Shown here: one piece after another, positions 37,327 to 51,986 of the stretch
Position numbering within the stretch: position 1 is the stretch's first letter
Layout of the letters: every line of letters starts with the position of its first letter
Source: Lingula anatina
Lineage: Eukaryota; Animalia; Brachiopoda
Reading direction: 5' to 3'
DNA: 64,000 nt
Assembly (NCBI GenBank): GCA_051362555.1
Contig: CM120643.1
Coordinates: 24,804,848-24,868,847, forward strand
Notes under the pieces: model-generated
Database searches by the model: none
The model's input: only the letters and a program-made list of their open reading frames with translations
What the model was told of the DNA's origin: nothing
Made by a program: the position numbers and the translations under genes

Positions 37327-39148
37327 CGGAGGGTAATCACATACCAAAGCATAAAGGCCCACAGGAAACAAAGTGAACACGCTGTCTTAATTCTTAAGGA
37401 AGCGTCATCTCACTTTCAATACCTTAATACGCATATATTTTCAGCAGTAGATAAATGCATTTACATCTCTATCGCCCTATTGCAGCTAGATTAATGTTGG
37501 ATATAAAAACAGTGCTGTGATTGATATATACTCTAACGCAGTCGTTTAATAATGATTCTTATTCATTGATAATAAACATGAATAAAAAAGAACCGCTGTC
37601 TACATGTAGACATATGTATAGTCGGAGACGTACTCAAAGCAAAAAGGCGAATGCTGGTCGAAGTGGCGCAAACTAATCCTGATTGTGTGCAATTTAAAGA
37701 AAGGCGGCAGTGGATAAGTTTTCTTATGTAGTCCGATATAGTATTTTCTTTTGCATTATCTTCAATTACACTGCATCGGGCTATCGTTCGAAACTGGGAT
37801 TCCCGGGAATCGAATATTAAAATTCGGTATTCCGCCGGACTACGCAAAAGACGTACCCACAGCCGCCTTTCTTTAGGAATTACCGACTGAATTAAATCCT
37901 TCTGTGTGTTCTCTAATTTTCTTCGGCGAATAGGTAAATTGGGTTTCTATAGCCTTGTCCAGGTCTAGATCTATTAGCTAAGTCTTGAACCAGCATTGCG
38001 TTCTGATAAAGTGATTGAGAGAAACTGTTTGTTGGCTTGCCTTTCTTGCTGGCAAGTACAAGTACAGAATGTGCCGCGTTTTTGGCTGTTTACTAAACAA
38101 TGACCTCGCAGCACCTTGCTGGACAATAACTGACCACTGTCCAGCAGCGGCCCAATAAGGTCTTTTCAAAAAGGGATACGGTATATCTCATAGATAAATA
38201 CGCAAACATTCCATAAACACACTCATTAATACTTTCCTATTAGGGTCCTATGCCCTGGATTTTTCATTGCATGCGCAAAGCATTGATCCTTGAACAGTAA
38301 GGAATTCCAATCCATTACCAACATTTACCTGAATTTCATGTTTTATGCCATGGTGCGGAAATCCTGTTAACTAGCTAAGGCACATGGAGATTTTCAAGAT
38401 TACCAAGAATACTTTGAGGCATATATACGCATTCCCATCCTGGGTAGGTGGAATTAAATTGTCTTTACTTAAAAAATTGGTGTTATTGCATAAATGTCAA
38501 GTTCATTTTGTTCTACCTGGATCTGCAGCAGGAAATGAAAAATCAAGTTATTTCCTATACATTTATGTGTCATTGGATTTGATTATTTACAAAAATTCCC
38601 AAGTCTCTCCAATAATATCCGCACACTTCTCATTTACCGTCTTATTGAAATACGAACTCCAAAATATTAATTGTTCATCATTGAAGTCCATGCAGGTCCA
38701 CTAGTGTAAACCAGAGCTAAAGCCAAGGGGGGTCTTTTTTCAGGACTTTAACCTTCTAGCTAGAATGCAATGTTTAAACACAGGTGGTGTTTTTTTTACA
38801 TAAAAGCGACATCAAAATAATGCATAACTTCCTTGAAGCATAAATTTGGCCCATTTCAAAACAAACAAAGGCGTCATCATGAAGACCTACGGCAGCAAGA
38901 AGTCCATGAACAGTTGCATTACCTTGACATGTCAAGAACTGTTGTGATGTTTATCTTGCAGGTGTTCCCCAAGGCAAAGGTAATTAGGCTAAACTATAGC
39001 TACCAACATAACATCCTCGCATGATATTTAATATGTCACACTTATTAAAATGGATGTTCTTGGCTCGATTTCAAACGTCTAATGCGTCTGATAAAGTACA
39101 AGGTCTGCCATTGCACCTAATCATACGTTGGTAAAACAAAAGCTTTTA

Positions 39149-39355
39149 GGGTTCATTCCCAATCGAACTATCGGTGTACGTAGATCTATCCAGCTCCGTG
39201 GGGACTCTCGCAGAATGCAATCAGATTAAGCGATTAACACGCCTACTGGAAACAAGAAGAGGCGTGTCACTCAATTGATCTGATTGTATTCAGAAGAAGT
39301 CCCCGCAGAAATGGATCGATCTCCATAGACCGTAAGTTTCAATGTGAATGGGCCC
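39149..39355. mobile_element. PIF/Harbinger-like palindromic MITE
   Basis: tta|GGGTTCATTCCCA...TGTGAATGGGCCC|taa; long imperfect inverted arms with a GATCGATC motif; related to the 47944 copy. Confidence 0.7.
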
Positions 39356-41393
39356 TAACAGGGGGTCAAGGAGGTGGTCTACGAAATGATATAGGGATAT
39401 CATTCCCGGGCAGACATGGCAGGCTACGTTACCATTAACCCGGATCCTGGGGGACATTTCGTGTTGTCTGTCAAATGACAAGATCGAGAGACAATTAGTC
39501 CAGTTCCTTGTAGAGCTAGGACTATGGGAGACAGACGGCAAGTTGAAGCTAATACCCTCTGTACTTCAGTGTCAATTGCGTGATTTCATTTCTCATTCCT
39601 TTCACTTACCCAGGTTGTTTCATAAGCGAATACTAGCACCCAATGACCTGTGATTTCCTGTTGTACAAGAAAGGACCCATTAAACTGATATTCTTTTTAA
39701 TGAAGAAATCTATACTTATATTACACAGTTTTATGGGTTCATGCCGAATCACGCATGGTTTTGAATCTTCGGAAAACATTGCCCTTAAGGTCATTTCAGT
39801 AGGTACCTGTTCAAGAAAGCCAATGTCTGCATTTTGAGCAGTCCGGACAACCGCCTTTTTTAAACGAACACTTATGATCAAGAACAGCTGTATTATAGGT
39901 ATGTATAAAACGCAAAGTTGAGGCATCTCTGGTGTAAAAAAACAAAAGAAAAGAAAACATTTTTGTCTTAATCTACAATCCCATTTCCACTAAGTTTCTC
40001 AGGAAAGTAATGATTCTTGACATCTACAGCCTTGAAGACTATTTTCACTGATTATTTTCACTGATACTGTATTCATGAGAATTCAAGCAGCTAAATACAC
40101 ACACCCAAGGCGTCTTAAGCCATACATGTACATACATGTATATATCCGTAATTTGCGACCAAATTCAAATCACTAGATACATTTTCGCTTTAAGTAAAAT
40201 ACATGATAAACACGAATTAAACTATAGCTATAGACTACACGAAGTAAAAAAGCATAGTGTAAAAGCAATGCTATCAACCTTATTCATTCAGCAAGAGCAA
40301 GAAATAAACTGCAATAAATTGAAATAAACCAAAATTAAATACTAAATCACACAAAGCAATGAACTGACCAACAGCGAAATCTGGGGCAAATTGTACAGAG
40401 AGGTCCGACTGTGAGCACTTAATGCAATTGAGGCCATTTTAACTGTATGTGCACTAGAAGTTTGGGGTTTGTCCGTATTTTTTAAACGCTTACCTTGGTA
40501 ATGAATTCTACCACCAATTTCTGTTCACTCTTTATCTAGCTCAATTCTAGGACGCACTACATATATATGTATGGTGGGCCTAGCCCAATTTCACCTGTTC
40601 TGGACAGCGCGTATTGAACGCAAATGACCGCTTTGATAGTGCACGAAGGTGTTCTTATATTCATATGATAGCTTTACTTGACCTATCCCAGAGCCCCATG
40701 GCTATAACCATATCGGAGCCGGACTTACAAAAATCGTTAACCCGAAAACTGGTCCAAACTTTCAGAACAAAAATTTGGTGTGCTTTAATTCACGATTTTA
40801 GTATGTCAGCTAATGAAAATGATGAAACTATTGGTATGAGACACTAGCCATGTCTTTCTAAATTGTTGTACATTAGAGAAGGACATATTCTTCCATTTGA
40901 TAGGAAGGTCATCTTGATGAAACTAAGCTTTACAACAAACGAGATTTTGCGGGATTTAGTGGAGATCACGTGGTGTGGACATACAGGTAATTGCAGACTG
41001 GCAGTGGGCTGGGGCAACGAACAAAAGCCGGCCATACAGTAGTTTATCCACTGATATTTTTGTAGTGTTTTTTTTTCTGTCTACAGTCTACTGTAAAACA
41101 GTACGAATTCACCATGTTTTGTCTGTCGATTCTGTATTGGTTTTTTAGGTGACATTCCAGACGCTTACAGCTTCACTCTTATTATAGACCGGATTCTCGC
41201 ACGACTTCTAGTCTCGAATGACACCAAACAATGCAGAAGACCTCGCTTAAGGCTATCTCATATGATTTTCCTTGAAATTTTCCTAATAAATTTATCTTGG
41301 CAAGACAGTAGACAAAGGTTTATAGTCACAAGATTTCAATCACTTTTTGGCCAAAACTTCCTTTGTGAAATAGGTCCCTTGGATTTAAAATCC

Positions 41394-41543
41394 AAAAGGC
41401 CTTTTGCAACTAGATTACTACATGTTGACTTCTTTTGTTAACTGGAGAGCTTGCTCTACAGCATTCTTTTGTTCACTGGAGAACAAGACTTTCAGTAAAC
41501 AAAAGAAGTCAACATTTCGTCATCTAGGTGCAAAAGGCCTATT
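41394..41543. mobile_element. Palindromic MITE
   Basis: AGGCCTTTTGCAACTAGA..ATGTTGACTTCTTTTGTT is inverted with AACAAAAGAAGTCAACAT..TCTAGGTGCAAAAGGCCT. Confidence 0.75.
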
Positions 41544-44500
41544 GAGTGACTACAAGAGGGTCGACGACCATTAAGTGTTCTAAATAGTTAAATTGCCAGC
41601 AGTCCTCACAGGCATCTCATGGCTAATTGTCTATACATGAGATATTTGAGATATTCTGGGCACACAATACAACTTAATGAGCTGAAAGCTTCCTCTCTGA
41701 GGAAGGGCAACGAACTTTGGTGCCCGTTAGCAACTGATGATATGCAAACCAAAGAGTATTGTTTTTTTCTTTTCCTTTTTTAAAAATCATTTATGGGGAG
41801 AGAGCTTAGAAACTGCTTGAAAGGCGTTTTCATTGTGATGACTCCAGGCGTGTACTACATTACACAATCCAATACTTACTACTTGTACAACATTAAAAAA
41901 AACGCTGACTGACGTCTACTGCAACAGATATAATTTTACTCTAATATGGGTGCTATCAATGACTTCTTTGGTTTTTGATTATTCAGTTAAACGCTCCAAA
42001 GAATTACTGCGTGAGTTCTCAGGTATCTGAAAAACACCTATGCCGTCACTGTTAAGAAACTATCATTACTGGCAACTCGTTCAAGTATGCAACAGTGATT
42101 ATTTATAGCAATCGTCTAATATCTAGGACGGAGAATCTCCCTTGCGTTACTTGGATATACTAATGCATTATATCAAAGACTGAAAAGGATGTCAGCTCTA
42201 ACACTTATCATGACGCAAAGCAAAGAACATGTAACCCGTGAAAATTTATCATACAAGGTGATATCTTCGCAGGTGATCCATCCCGGTTTTATTGAAACGT
42301 GAACGTATATTGGAAAAATAATTAAGGTATCATTTCTAGCTTTTTCATCATTTAACACACCTTTGTCTGCAAAAAACAGATGCATGATATGAATAACACG
42401 TGGAAGAACTGGTCAGCTACATGGAACAGTCTGGTTGACTGCCTGGCTGGCTGGCTGATGCATGCTGGCCTACCGACTGACTGTGTACCATCTAACAAAC
42501 CAAATAACTAACATCCAAGTAATCAATTAACTGACTAACCAACACAAATTTACAAAAATAACCCAAATATACATATTTTCTAATATAATGAACTACACGA
42601 TGAGTGGTCAAACGAGTTTTTCCTTGATAAGAGCTCAGCTAAATGACTGATCGCCTTGTTGAGTGACTCCATGAAAAAAGGGTCCCACGGACCGAGCGAG
42701 TAACCATTCTAACTATCAGACTTATCAACCAACTTAATAATGCTAAAGTTACTTCTTTTAATATGCCAAGCAATAACGTAAATAAACGAGAAAAAAAGAA
42801 GTAATGGCAAACATTGAAACATGTAGAAAACAATTACTAGTTAAAGAGGCAGAAAAGGAACATGGGGATATTGCTAGCAAAATCAAAGCATAATTTACAT
42901 GTAGGTCACTTCTTGAACTGCAATGCAGATATGATATCTATTGCAAACTAATATCACTTTGGCAAGTGCACTTTTAATATGAGATAATCAAAGCCAGTGG
43001 AAATGATTTCCTTTGAAGAGAGGCAATACAGAGGAGCAGATATTGTAAGGAATTATGGAAAACCCGCTTATCAAAAGCAATTGCAACGGCTTCTCATTAC
43101 GAGACCAAGATAAAAAGCTAAGCAGTTAAAACTAGTTGGGAATATCTGTTTATAAGAGCAAAAAGTGTATAAAAACTTGGTAAAATCTTAAATTGAGTAT
43201 ACAACCGATGATGAAATAAATCCCGAATATTGTAAAACACTAAATTCTCTTAAGATAAAGCCCAAAGAGTTTGTTGCGATTGCTCTGACACGCAAATATG
43301 ATAGAAACCACAAGAACCCAAAAACAAAAGCAAAAAATGTTTATTAAAGTCAGCGTTGAAGCCATACATTTTGTCATGCACCATTTCCACTCTAACTTCT
43401 TAAACGAAAGAACGGTTATACACGTAAAATATGTTGCCAGAACGTCTAACACTTATAAGTCAAGGTTTTAGTAAATATATCGACATCTGATTGCTTCCCT
43501 GGAATGGCTGCCACACCTGAAATTGCCTTGTGACTTTTTAACCCAGCGTTTCGGTCGTATTGAAACTAATTTTGGCGCAAAATGATGGTCATTTCTGGCG
43601 ATAATGACAATCATCATGCACGTGTCGACTTCCACAACTCAAGCTGTGCTACGATAAGACGACATCATTTTGACATTATTTTGCGGTTACGGTGACATGC
43701 TACTTGAGATAATTGCAAAACTGAAATGATTTGCAGCGTGTTATGAAGACAAAGAGGCAGAGTCTCCTCACAGACAAAAAAGACATTTCCAGTCGACAAA
43801 ATATCTCTTAAAGAAGTGATTTCAATAGAAATGTTGTACGTAGGAGAAAAGAAACTAAATGCCCAACATGATCCAGAACACTGAAAGACAATCCAAAAGT
43901 AAAGTGATATAAGCCTTTCCTTGTGACATTTACGTTTGACCTTTCAAGGTGGTTATATAAATGATCGAGTTTCTTACCGTATCCATCAACGACTCATGAG
44001 AATCTGAATAACAATTTCCCTTTTGATTTCAAAAGAAATAGTATGCTTTTTTGTGGCAAATACTAGCTATCTGTATTGTATCTTTATTTGTTGCGCATGC
44101 GTTGTAGGAACGCGTTTGGCCTAAGGCACAGATTTCCGTAAGCCATTACCAAGCGCTTCTGTCGCGACGATTCCCTAGATGTTTTTGCACACTCCCTTTG
44201 GAGATGTTCTTCCAAATCCCACTGAAATAGTTAAAGCTGCCGCAGACATTTGATGCTTTAGTGAACTGCGAGTCGATCTTGCACGAGCCACCGAACATGC
44301 ATTTATGTAATATCAAATTATTTTCGATCGCGTATTTTTTTGTGAGAGGGTAACTTGGTTCATGTTGACAAAGGTTTTAGTACGTACTCTCCATATCTTT
44401 TCCAGTGATCCGTGTATAGCCATGGGGATTGTCCGTGTCCGTGCCTTTCTACGTGGTTTCCGAACCATACAGAATGCGTATCAACGGCCACCTGCCGCTC

Positions 44501-44883
44501 GTATGTTACGCTGACAAGCAAATTCAATTTGATATCATTTCTGTTTTTTAAAACGATGAGGTCTGGTCATGCGTTCTCGTTGCATTCTCCTTAGACATTT
44601 TTTCCCAAATTGGTTGAGATTTAGATGCACGGCTTCCAAGCTTCGTTTTGAACCACATTCTGATTTAATTTCTGCCATTTTTTGTGTGCCTTGTGTGTGC
44701 ATCAAACAAATTTTGCAATAAGCTGTTGTCAGTCTTTTGAAACCTCCTAGTAGAATATCTTTTAATCATTTCCCTACATAAGATGCATACAATGTTTTTT
44801 CATTAAATATCATTCTCTACTAACAAAAATATTCTCATTTGTTCTTTATTCGTTCCCTCAAAGAAGACACTTTATCAATCTTA

Positions 44884-45114
44884 GGGCGCACTCAGATTCA
44901 CACAGCGTACTAGCTGGGTCGGACCAGCTCTGCTGTGGATTCTCGCTAAAGAGCAATTAGTGGAATCAGCTTAATCAGCACACGTTAATTACAGTAGCTG
45001 CAAGAGTAGGCGTGTCAGACAATAAAGCTGATTCCACCGATCGCACTTTAGCGAAAATCCCCCGCAGAGTTGGACCGACCCAGCTAGTACGATATGTATG
45101 TCCGAATGCGGTCC
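44884..45114. mobile_element. PIF/Harbinger-like palindromic MITE
   Basis: tta|GGGCGCACTC...GAATGCGGTCC; arms CGTACTAGCTGGGTCGGACCAGCTCTGC / GCAGAGTTGGACCGACCCAGCTAGTACG. Confidence 0.72.
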
Positions 45115-47943
45115 TAGACACAACGTATTCACGGAGAAATAAAATTACATACGTCTTATGGCGCTTAAAATGTTTCATGAAAAGCGGCCACTAGTTAGAA
45201 AAGCGTGATATCTAAATCACAGAACCCACGAGAAGCGCTTTTTCTCTGTAGTAATATGTCATTTCGCCTTTATTCAATAAAGTGTCCTTTGTTCTGTAAG
45301 TGATAATTTATGTAATACTTTTACTTCTCCTGTCAAATTCAACCTTCTAGACGCACACGGTGTCAGTTGTTGTTTTAGATGCCATATTCACTCCGACCTG
45401 GTTTTTGTAAAGTATTCGGTGTATTTACGGGTAGCAATCAATGTTGTTCCTTTCTGACAGCTACTTTATATTGGATAGCGGTTTTTAAGTTGAAATCCAT
45501 TTTTGGTTTTGATAAAAGACTGTGGGCGAAATGTCATTCATTTGTCATGGAATACTTAGATAAGCATTTAAAACTGGGGAATCAAAACAAAATGTACAAC
45601 TATAAAGTTAGTTTTTACCATAACTTGATTAAAAGTGGTTTGAAAACGGATTTCTTGACAGTGCATGGTTCGCATTTTAGTAGGGGATGCCATGCTTGCA
45701 GGTATTTTAAAAAGTTAAAAACCTTAGAAAAAACTTACCAAAATATGTCGTCTTTTCACTGTCTGTTTACGGAGCTCTACTACTTGTACATGTACATGTA
45801 GGAATTGACAGTTTTGCTTAGGACGGTAAAGCACAGTATTTTCATGTTAGTGCATGTATTACAAAAATGGATAGACATCCCTGAAGCTCCGGACTACCCC
45901 TGCTCTGATTAAACAAAACATACATAAAACTGATATCAACAAACTCCATCACAATGGCTATAAAAACGACCGGGCGCTGAGACTGAATACAAAATACAAA
46001 TACATTGTTGATATCAATATAATCCATCAAGACAATCATAAAAATGCCTACCGTTGCCTCCAACTGTGTACCACTGGCAAAGCATTCAGAATAACGAGCT
46101 CAAACGTCACACATGCGCCCTAGAACGTTTCCCTAACAACGTCACACCTAATAAGCAGTGCGTTCATTTCTTATCTGAACTTTCAATGAACATGCATGTA
46201 GCGCTGCTTACGAGTGGTGCTGTAGCCTCGGGAGTCGACTTAAGGTTTCACAGCTGGTGCTTGTGATGATAATTCTGCACCGTCTAATGTGATGTTATCG
46301 TGTCTTATTGTACAACCACAAATAAAAGAAAAAAACGCCATAAATGTGACACTGCTCCGGCGCGCAGCTGTAATACAACTTTCGCGCGTGACATGTGTCT
46401 GCTGCTGTTATTATTATGAAGTAACACCCAGCTTCTTCCAACTGTACTCACTTTTACATGCAGATATTAAAAAAATACCAAGGCCCCATAAAGAAATACA
46501 TTGCAAGCCCTGACACTGCACCGTGACAAAATTGGAAAAATGTGACGCAAATTATATGTCGACTTGGGGCGTTCGTATTTCTTCGTGGCGCCGTTTATAT
46601 TTCATTGTGTTCATAACTTCAGTTTGTGTTATATACGGATGTGTTGATGCTTATTGTCCAACTTCTTTTATTTATTTGCAATATCTCATCGATATTAGGG
46701 ACACACGTGCCAGGCGAGTGATAATTAAAACCAGGTTGATTGTGACAAATAACTTGCCTTCTAACTGCAGGCCACAGCTTCAGTCTTAAGGCTTCCTTAT
46801 ATGTGACGATCTACACTTCACTTCCAGCGCCAAAGTTTTTCTTTGATGCTTGTCAACGTTTTCTCCCCTTGACACAAGGTCGCGTGTCTAAATGTGATTA
46901 CACAGATATGCACCGAAGGCTAATGTCCTTCCCTCGCACTCAGCAACCTCAATTACTAATTGTTTTCAACTGTGCTCGATTTGAAGATTTTAGATGTCCT
47001 TGGAGGAGGATGGGGTGCGTGTGAGTATGTGTGTGTGTGGGATGTGTGCAACTGACACTCAGTATGCAAGGGAGATAAATAACAATTAAACACGTAGTGC
47101 GTATAATACAAATCCTGACACTCAGTTGACTACTAAGTAGCCTTCGTCTTAATTTGTACTGTGGATTGTAAGTTTTGAAAAATCGATCTCCAGTTTCGGG
47201 TTTCTGTGGGTTTCATATTAGAGCAAGTCCAATCATTTGTAAATAGTGAATGCCCGGGCATTCAATTTGTTACTAAACTGCCATACTAATATACCGGTAT
47301 ATATTCCAAACTGCCCACCATTTAACGTAAAAATAAGGGTCAATCAAAATGGATGACAAGGGCTGTAAAATAACTGCAAAGTGCATCGCCCGTAAGCTCT
47401 TTATAATGCCATTATTGAGTTACTATGTATTGGCTTTACGGGTTTTCCTACATCATTTTAGGATTTTCGATTTGATGAGTATTATCTCTGGACTTGATTT
47501 TTTTTTCTGATTTTCTGGAACTCCCAGATGACGTTTCAGAGCCATCTAGAAACTTCATATTGAAAATATAGGTGATTCATGGCTTTATTTTTGAATTGTG
47601 TTTTGGGTCTGTCAGCCACAAGAGACGGAAACCGGCCCAAATATTTGGAACGTATCCGAGACCCATGTTTTGAAAACAAATGTCTTCTAACATGAGAGTG
47701 GAGAGTTAATACCATGTCAACTTTATTAATTACGACGTTATACAAGCACATGGTTTAAATATCCAATTATTACAGGACGTACATCTTCCAACTGCCAGTA
47801 CAATTCACGTAAACATCCTGTACCTCTGCACCTTCTCTTTGCGAGACTAACTTATTTCACCGTACCATTTCACTTTCCCCTTAACTATAAAAACGTAAAG
47901 TTCAATATATCATTTTTTCTTGAGTATCAATAGAAAAAACTTA

Positions 47944-48186
47944 GGGCGTACACAGTAAAACTATCGTACTAGGTAGTTCGAAGGGTCTCTCGCTGAATGC
48001 AACCAGATAAACAGATTTACACGTCTCCTCCTGGCGTTCAGTATAATACAGAAAAGCTAGTGAGTATACGGGTACCTTGGAAACAGGAGGAGGCGTGTTA
48101 ATCTGTTAATCTGATTGCATTCAGCGAGAGTCTCTTCGGAGTTGGATCGATCTACGTAGAATAATAATTTCATCGGGAATGAGACC
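47944..48186. mobile_element. PIF/Harbinger-like palindromic MITE
   Basis: Arms CTCTCGCTGAATGCAACCAGAT..ACACGTCTCCTCCTG / CAGGAGGAGGCGTGT..ATCTGATTGCATTCAGCGAGAG; ends tta|GGGCGT...GGGAATGAGACC. Confidence 0.72.
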
Positions 48187-50873
48187 TTCAATAAATTTCC
48201 TCAAATACGGACATATATATTTTCCATTATTCTATGTGCCGCATTATATTTGATGACTAATTCATTGTATCGTTTAACCTTACCCAAAACGAGGACATAA
48301 TGAACTCATTATTTTCTCGCGATTAATGGTGACATTTCACCAATTTAACACCCAGTTTTACTATTTCGGTATTATATGTCTGAAAATTAGCAACTCGTAA
48401 AACGTTAGTTGCCAATTTCTCATATAACCTAAACGTATTTGTCCTTAGTCCATGGCAATAACTTATCAGGACAAATATATTGGCTATTATGACTTCATTT
48501 ATCCCACGAAAATATATTACAACATAAAGCCATGGAAGTCTCCATATGCTGTTTTGCTATATGCAGTTACAAATGCGTCATTATGGAACGTATGTGGGTT
48601 GGAATGTTTCCAAACAAATTGGTCTGTTCATTAAGAGAGGAGAAGTCGACAAAGTTATTAGAGCACTAAAATGGTAACTCGGAACATCGGCCGAGAGAAG
48701 ATTTGCTCTGTTAGAAAACAAAATATGTGGATTGCTAAGTGATTTATACTACAGATCCTGTGTTATATTAACGTTCTACTTTAATCAAGTATTCCAGAAC
48801 TCTTCTTCTCTTTTTTACACACACGCACACACACACACACACACACACCGCTCCTTCTACACATATCCATGTTGCTGATGTCATCACTTTACTAATGCTG
48901 TCTATTTACCGTTTATTTGCCTCATGGTCTTTGAACTCTAAAACTCCACGGATACGTTTTATTGATTGTGCAATAAGTACATTTTATTTTTCACTAAAGT
49001 TCACGTCAGTTTCATGTAAAATGAATAACATGCCCTAATGATGTTGATAGAATTATTAAGCCTACTTCTACTGTATATTAGCACGCTTTATGGAAACGAT
49101 GAATACTGCATGGTATGCACTATTTGCAGTCTTGAATAAGTGCAGTTCTTGTAAGCATGCCACAGAGAAACAAAAAAACACCGAGACGTTGTAGATGTAA
49201 TAGAACGCATTTACACAACTGATAGCCGGGTTCGTATTAAAAAAAAAACAAAACAAAACAAAAGACAACAGATTTACAAAATAATGAGTGAAGCGCGTGA
49301 AACACGTCATTGTAATGAGTGAGACTAGATGACAAGTGAACATATTCTCTTGCGGTGCTCTGTGCTAACGTCGATCGTTCGACATTGTTCACTAACAGTG
49401 AAACATTCAGTTCTTTTACTACACTAACTACTGTACAGTGTGTGTGCACTATACTGGTAGTTGCATTGCAGATCTATCCAATCATTCATTGTCAGTACCA
49501 TTGCTTCTCTTCTGATACTTGATCGCCTGCCATCGCTGGCAATATCCTAATCAAAGCATTCCTGTAAGTGGACAATCTTAATTCTAGAAAAATCACGTTT
49601 AAAATCAAGCGGAAGGCGGGTTCAGATCACAAAAATAACCCCCAGACTTGTAAATTAATTTTAATGGAGTCGCTTGCTTGTGCAATCGACTAGGTTTATG
49701 GCATTGCATGTAATTATATAGGCCTAATGCAAGTGTTCTTGTGCAATTTGAGTAAATAAGATTGGTATGCACCGCGAAATAGTGCTCCATAGTGCGAAAT
49801 AGTGCATCCGCCTTAATAAGGAATTTAGATATAAGACGTTCAGAAGTAATATCTGAGAGATTGGAATTAGAGAGACCGCTTGGGGGAGCTAAGAAGACGG
49901 CCGTGAGTTATGGGAGAGGGTTCCGAAGTTGGAGACTTCACGTAGATCATAAAGCTAATAAACCATAAAACTGGTCATTATGTGTTCATGGGTTTTCTTT
50001 GAGCGACCTGAGAGACCCTCTTCCTGCTCATTCTTCTCTGATGGAGCTGATTGTAGGATGCTGGGATGTGATTTGTAAATCATTTCTTTTAAAAATGGCT
50101 AATTCCTCTGAAGATCGGTAGTACGTATATGTTTTTATCCTGTGATTTCTGCTCATTTTATGTCAATCTAACCGCGTGGAACACAGATTAATATTTCTTG
50201 TTCGATATCAGTAGTTAGGTGGGTGAGACACCATTTTGCCCATGCACGACGTCATGACAACTTCCTGTCCATGTCGAGATGACGTCACGGCACTGAAATA
50301 CCCAATCGGCAATCCTCGGCTCATTCCGCAAGCTCCATACTAACCTCGGATGAGATAGGCGGAGAAATATGCATCAAATCCATGCATTTTGTTCGCCGGA
50401 AATGCCTTCTCACTCAATTCGATTATTCCGCTTATAAAGATGGCCGTCAATACCCCTGATTTTTATGATTCTTTACAGTTTGCCAAACAATGCACTAAGA
50501 TTGACTTTGGTTTAAAGGATAAACAGATACAGACGTTGAGAAGATTATGGTCTAAATTAGCGCAAGGTTGAAAGTAGTTCCTTCCCAACAATCAACAATC
50601 AAATATGGATGCCTCCGTATGACGTCCGAGGTTATTGTCGAGTGCGGAGACATCCGAGTAGTTCCGAGTGCTGAAATACCAAGCACAATGACGTTTCCTG
50701 CCACTCTTCCGACAGCGGTCCTACTGTGCTGTGACGGGCACTTTGGATTTTAATTTTGCACATAAAGAGCGACATACAGTCCTGCCAGAATGTAACCTTA
50801 CCAAAATGCCTTATGATATTCCTACCCCACTCCACAGGGCCAGAAAGAAAAGCACGAATGGTAATTGCAGGCT

Positions 50874-51090
50874 AGGAGCATCGGCAAATAAACGTTATCG
50901 GATACCGAAATTAGTCGGTCCAACGGACACACAGTCCAACAAAGATATATATTTCTCCATAGACTACTACAAAACAGGAGCATCGGCAGGAGCATCGGCA
51001 AATAAACGTTATCGGATACCGAAATTAGTCGGTCCAACGGACACACAGTCCAACAAAGATATATATTTCTCCATAGACTACTACAAAACA
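50874..51090. repeat. Perfect 102-bp direct duplication with a 12-bp extra copy of its start at the junction
   Basis: 50874-50975 equals 50988-51089; the spacer is AGGAGCATCGGC (50976-50987). Confidence 0.93.
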
Positions 51091-51796
51091 TTGTGAATGT
51101 CATATTAAAATTATCAAACAGTGCATTTAGTTTCACAAAAGAACAGCTTACCTGATCACTGTAAACGACTTATGATACCAAGGACAACCAGCGAACACAT
51201 AGCTTGTACCGTGTTCTATTTATCTGAAATTCATAGCCGTAGGCTGCGGAGGTACCCCCACCCCCTCCAACTCACTCACACCCCACTCACAGGAATTAAG
51301 TTAAAGGAATTTTAATGGATCTCTATAAAGCGCCATCCCTTTCCTTCTCCAACCCTAATAGAAGTTTCAATTATATTTGCTTCAGTCCACTCGTAGCTGA
51401 ATACACAGGTGGTACAAGTAACCTGCATTGCGGGTATCGTAGGATTTTACATCTCTCTTCACCACCCCCCCCCCCCCCCCACACACACACACACACTCAC
51501 GGGATGGGCAAACTAACCCCTCAAAACTATTAATCAACGTATTGGGTTGGTTATCAACAACTGTGACGATCCTAATGCATTTATCAAATATTCATGATTG
51601 TTTCCGAGATACGTGCAATATTACTAAAAACACAAATTAAAGTAATAATATAATTTGATTGATGGAATCGTTGAATGCAACAAATCCATCGTGGTTTCTA
51701 ATGTAGACTAATAGATCCTAGACTTATGTACTGGCTGTTTCTAGTTAAAATAAAAAATGTGACGCTATAAAAAGTAGAAGTAAAGTTCCCGTCTTA

Positions 51797-51986
51797 GGGC
51801 GCATTCCCATAGATTTTACGTCGATCTATCTCCGTGGGGAGTCTCACTAGATTACTGTCAGATAATCCGGCTTCAATGTCTGAAAAGCTGTAAGGGGGTA
51901 ATTAACTTTCGTGCCCGCTCGGCTGACAGCTATTTAGCGTGAACCCCCAGGGAGTTAGGATCGATCTATTCTCTGGGAATGGGGTC
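51797..51986 (-). mobile_element. PIF/Harbinger-like MITE (same family as 58875 and 63514, opposite orientation)
   Basis: TTA TSD on both sides; termini GGGCGCATTCCCA...TGGGAATGGGGTC; the interior is the reverse complement of the 58875 copy. Confidence 0.82.
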
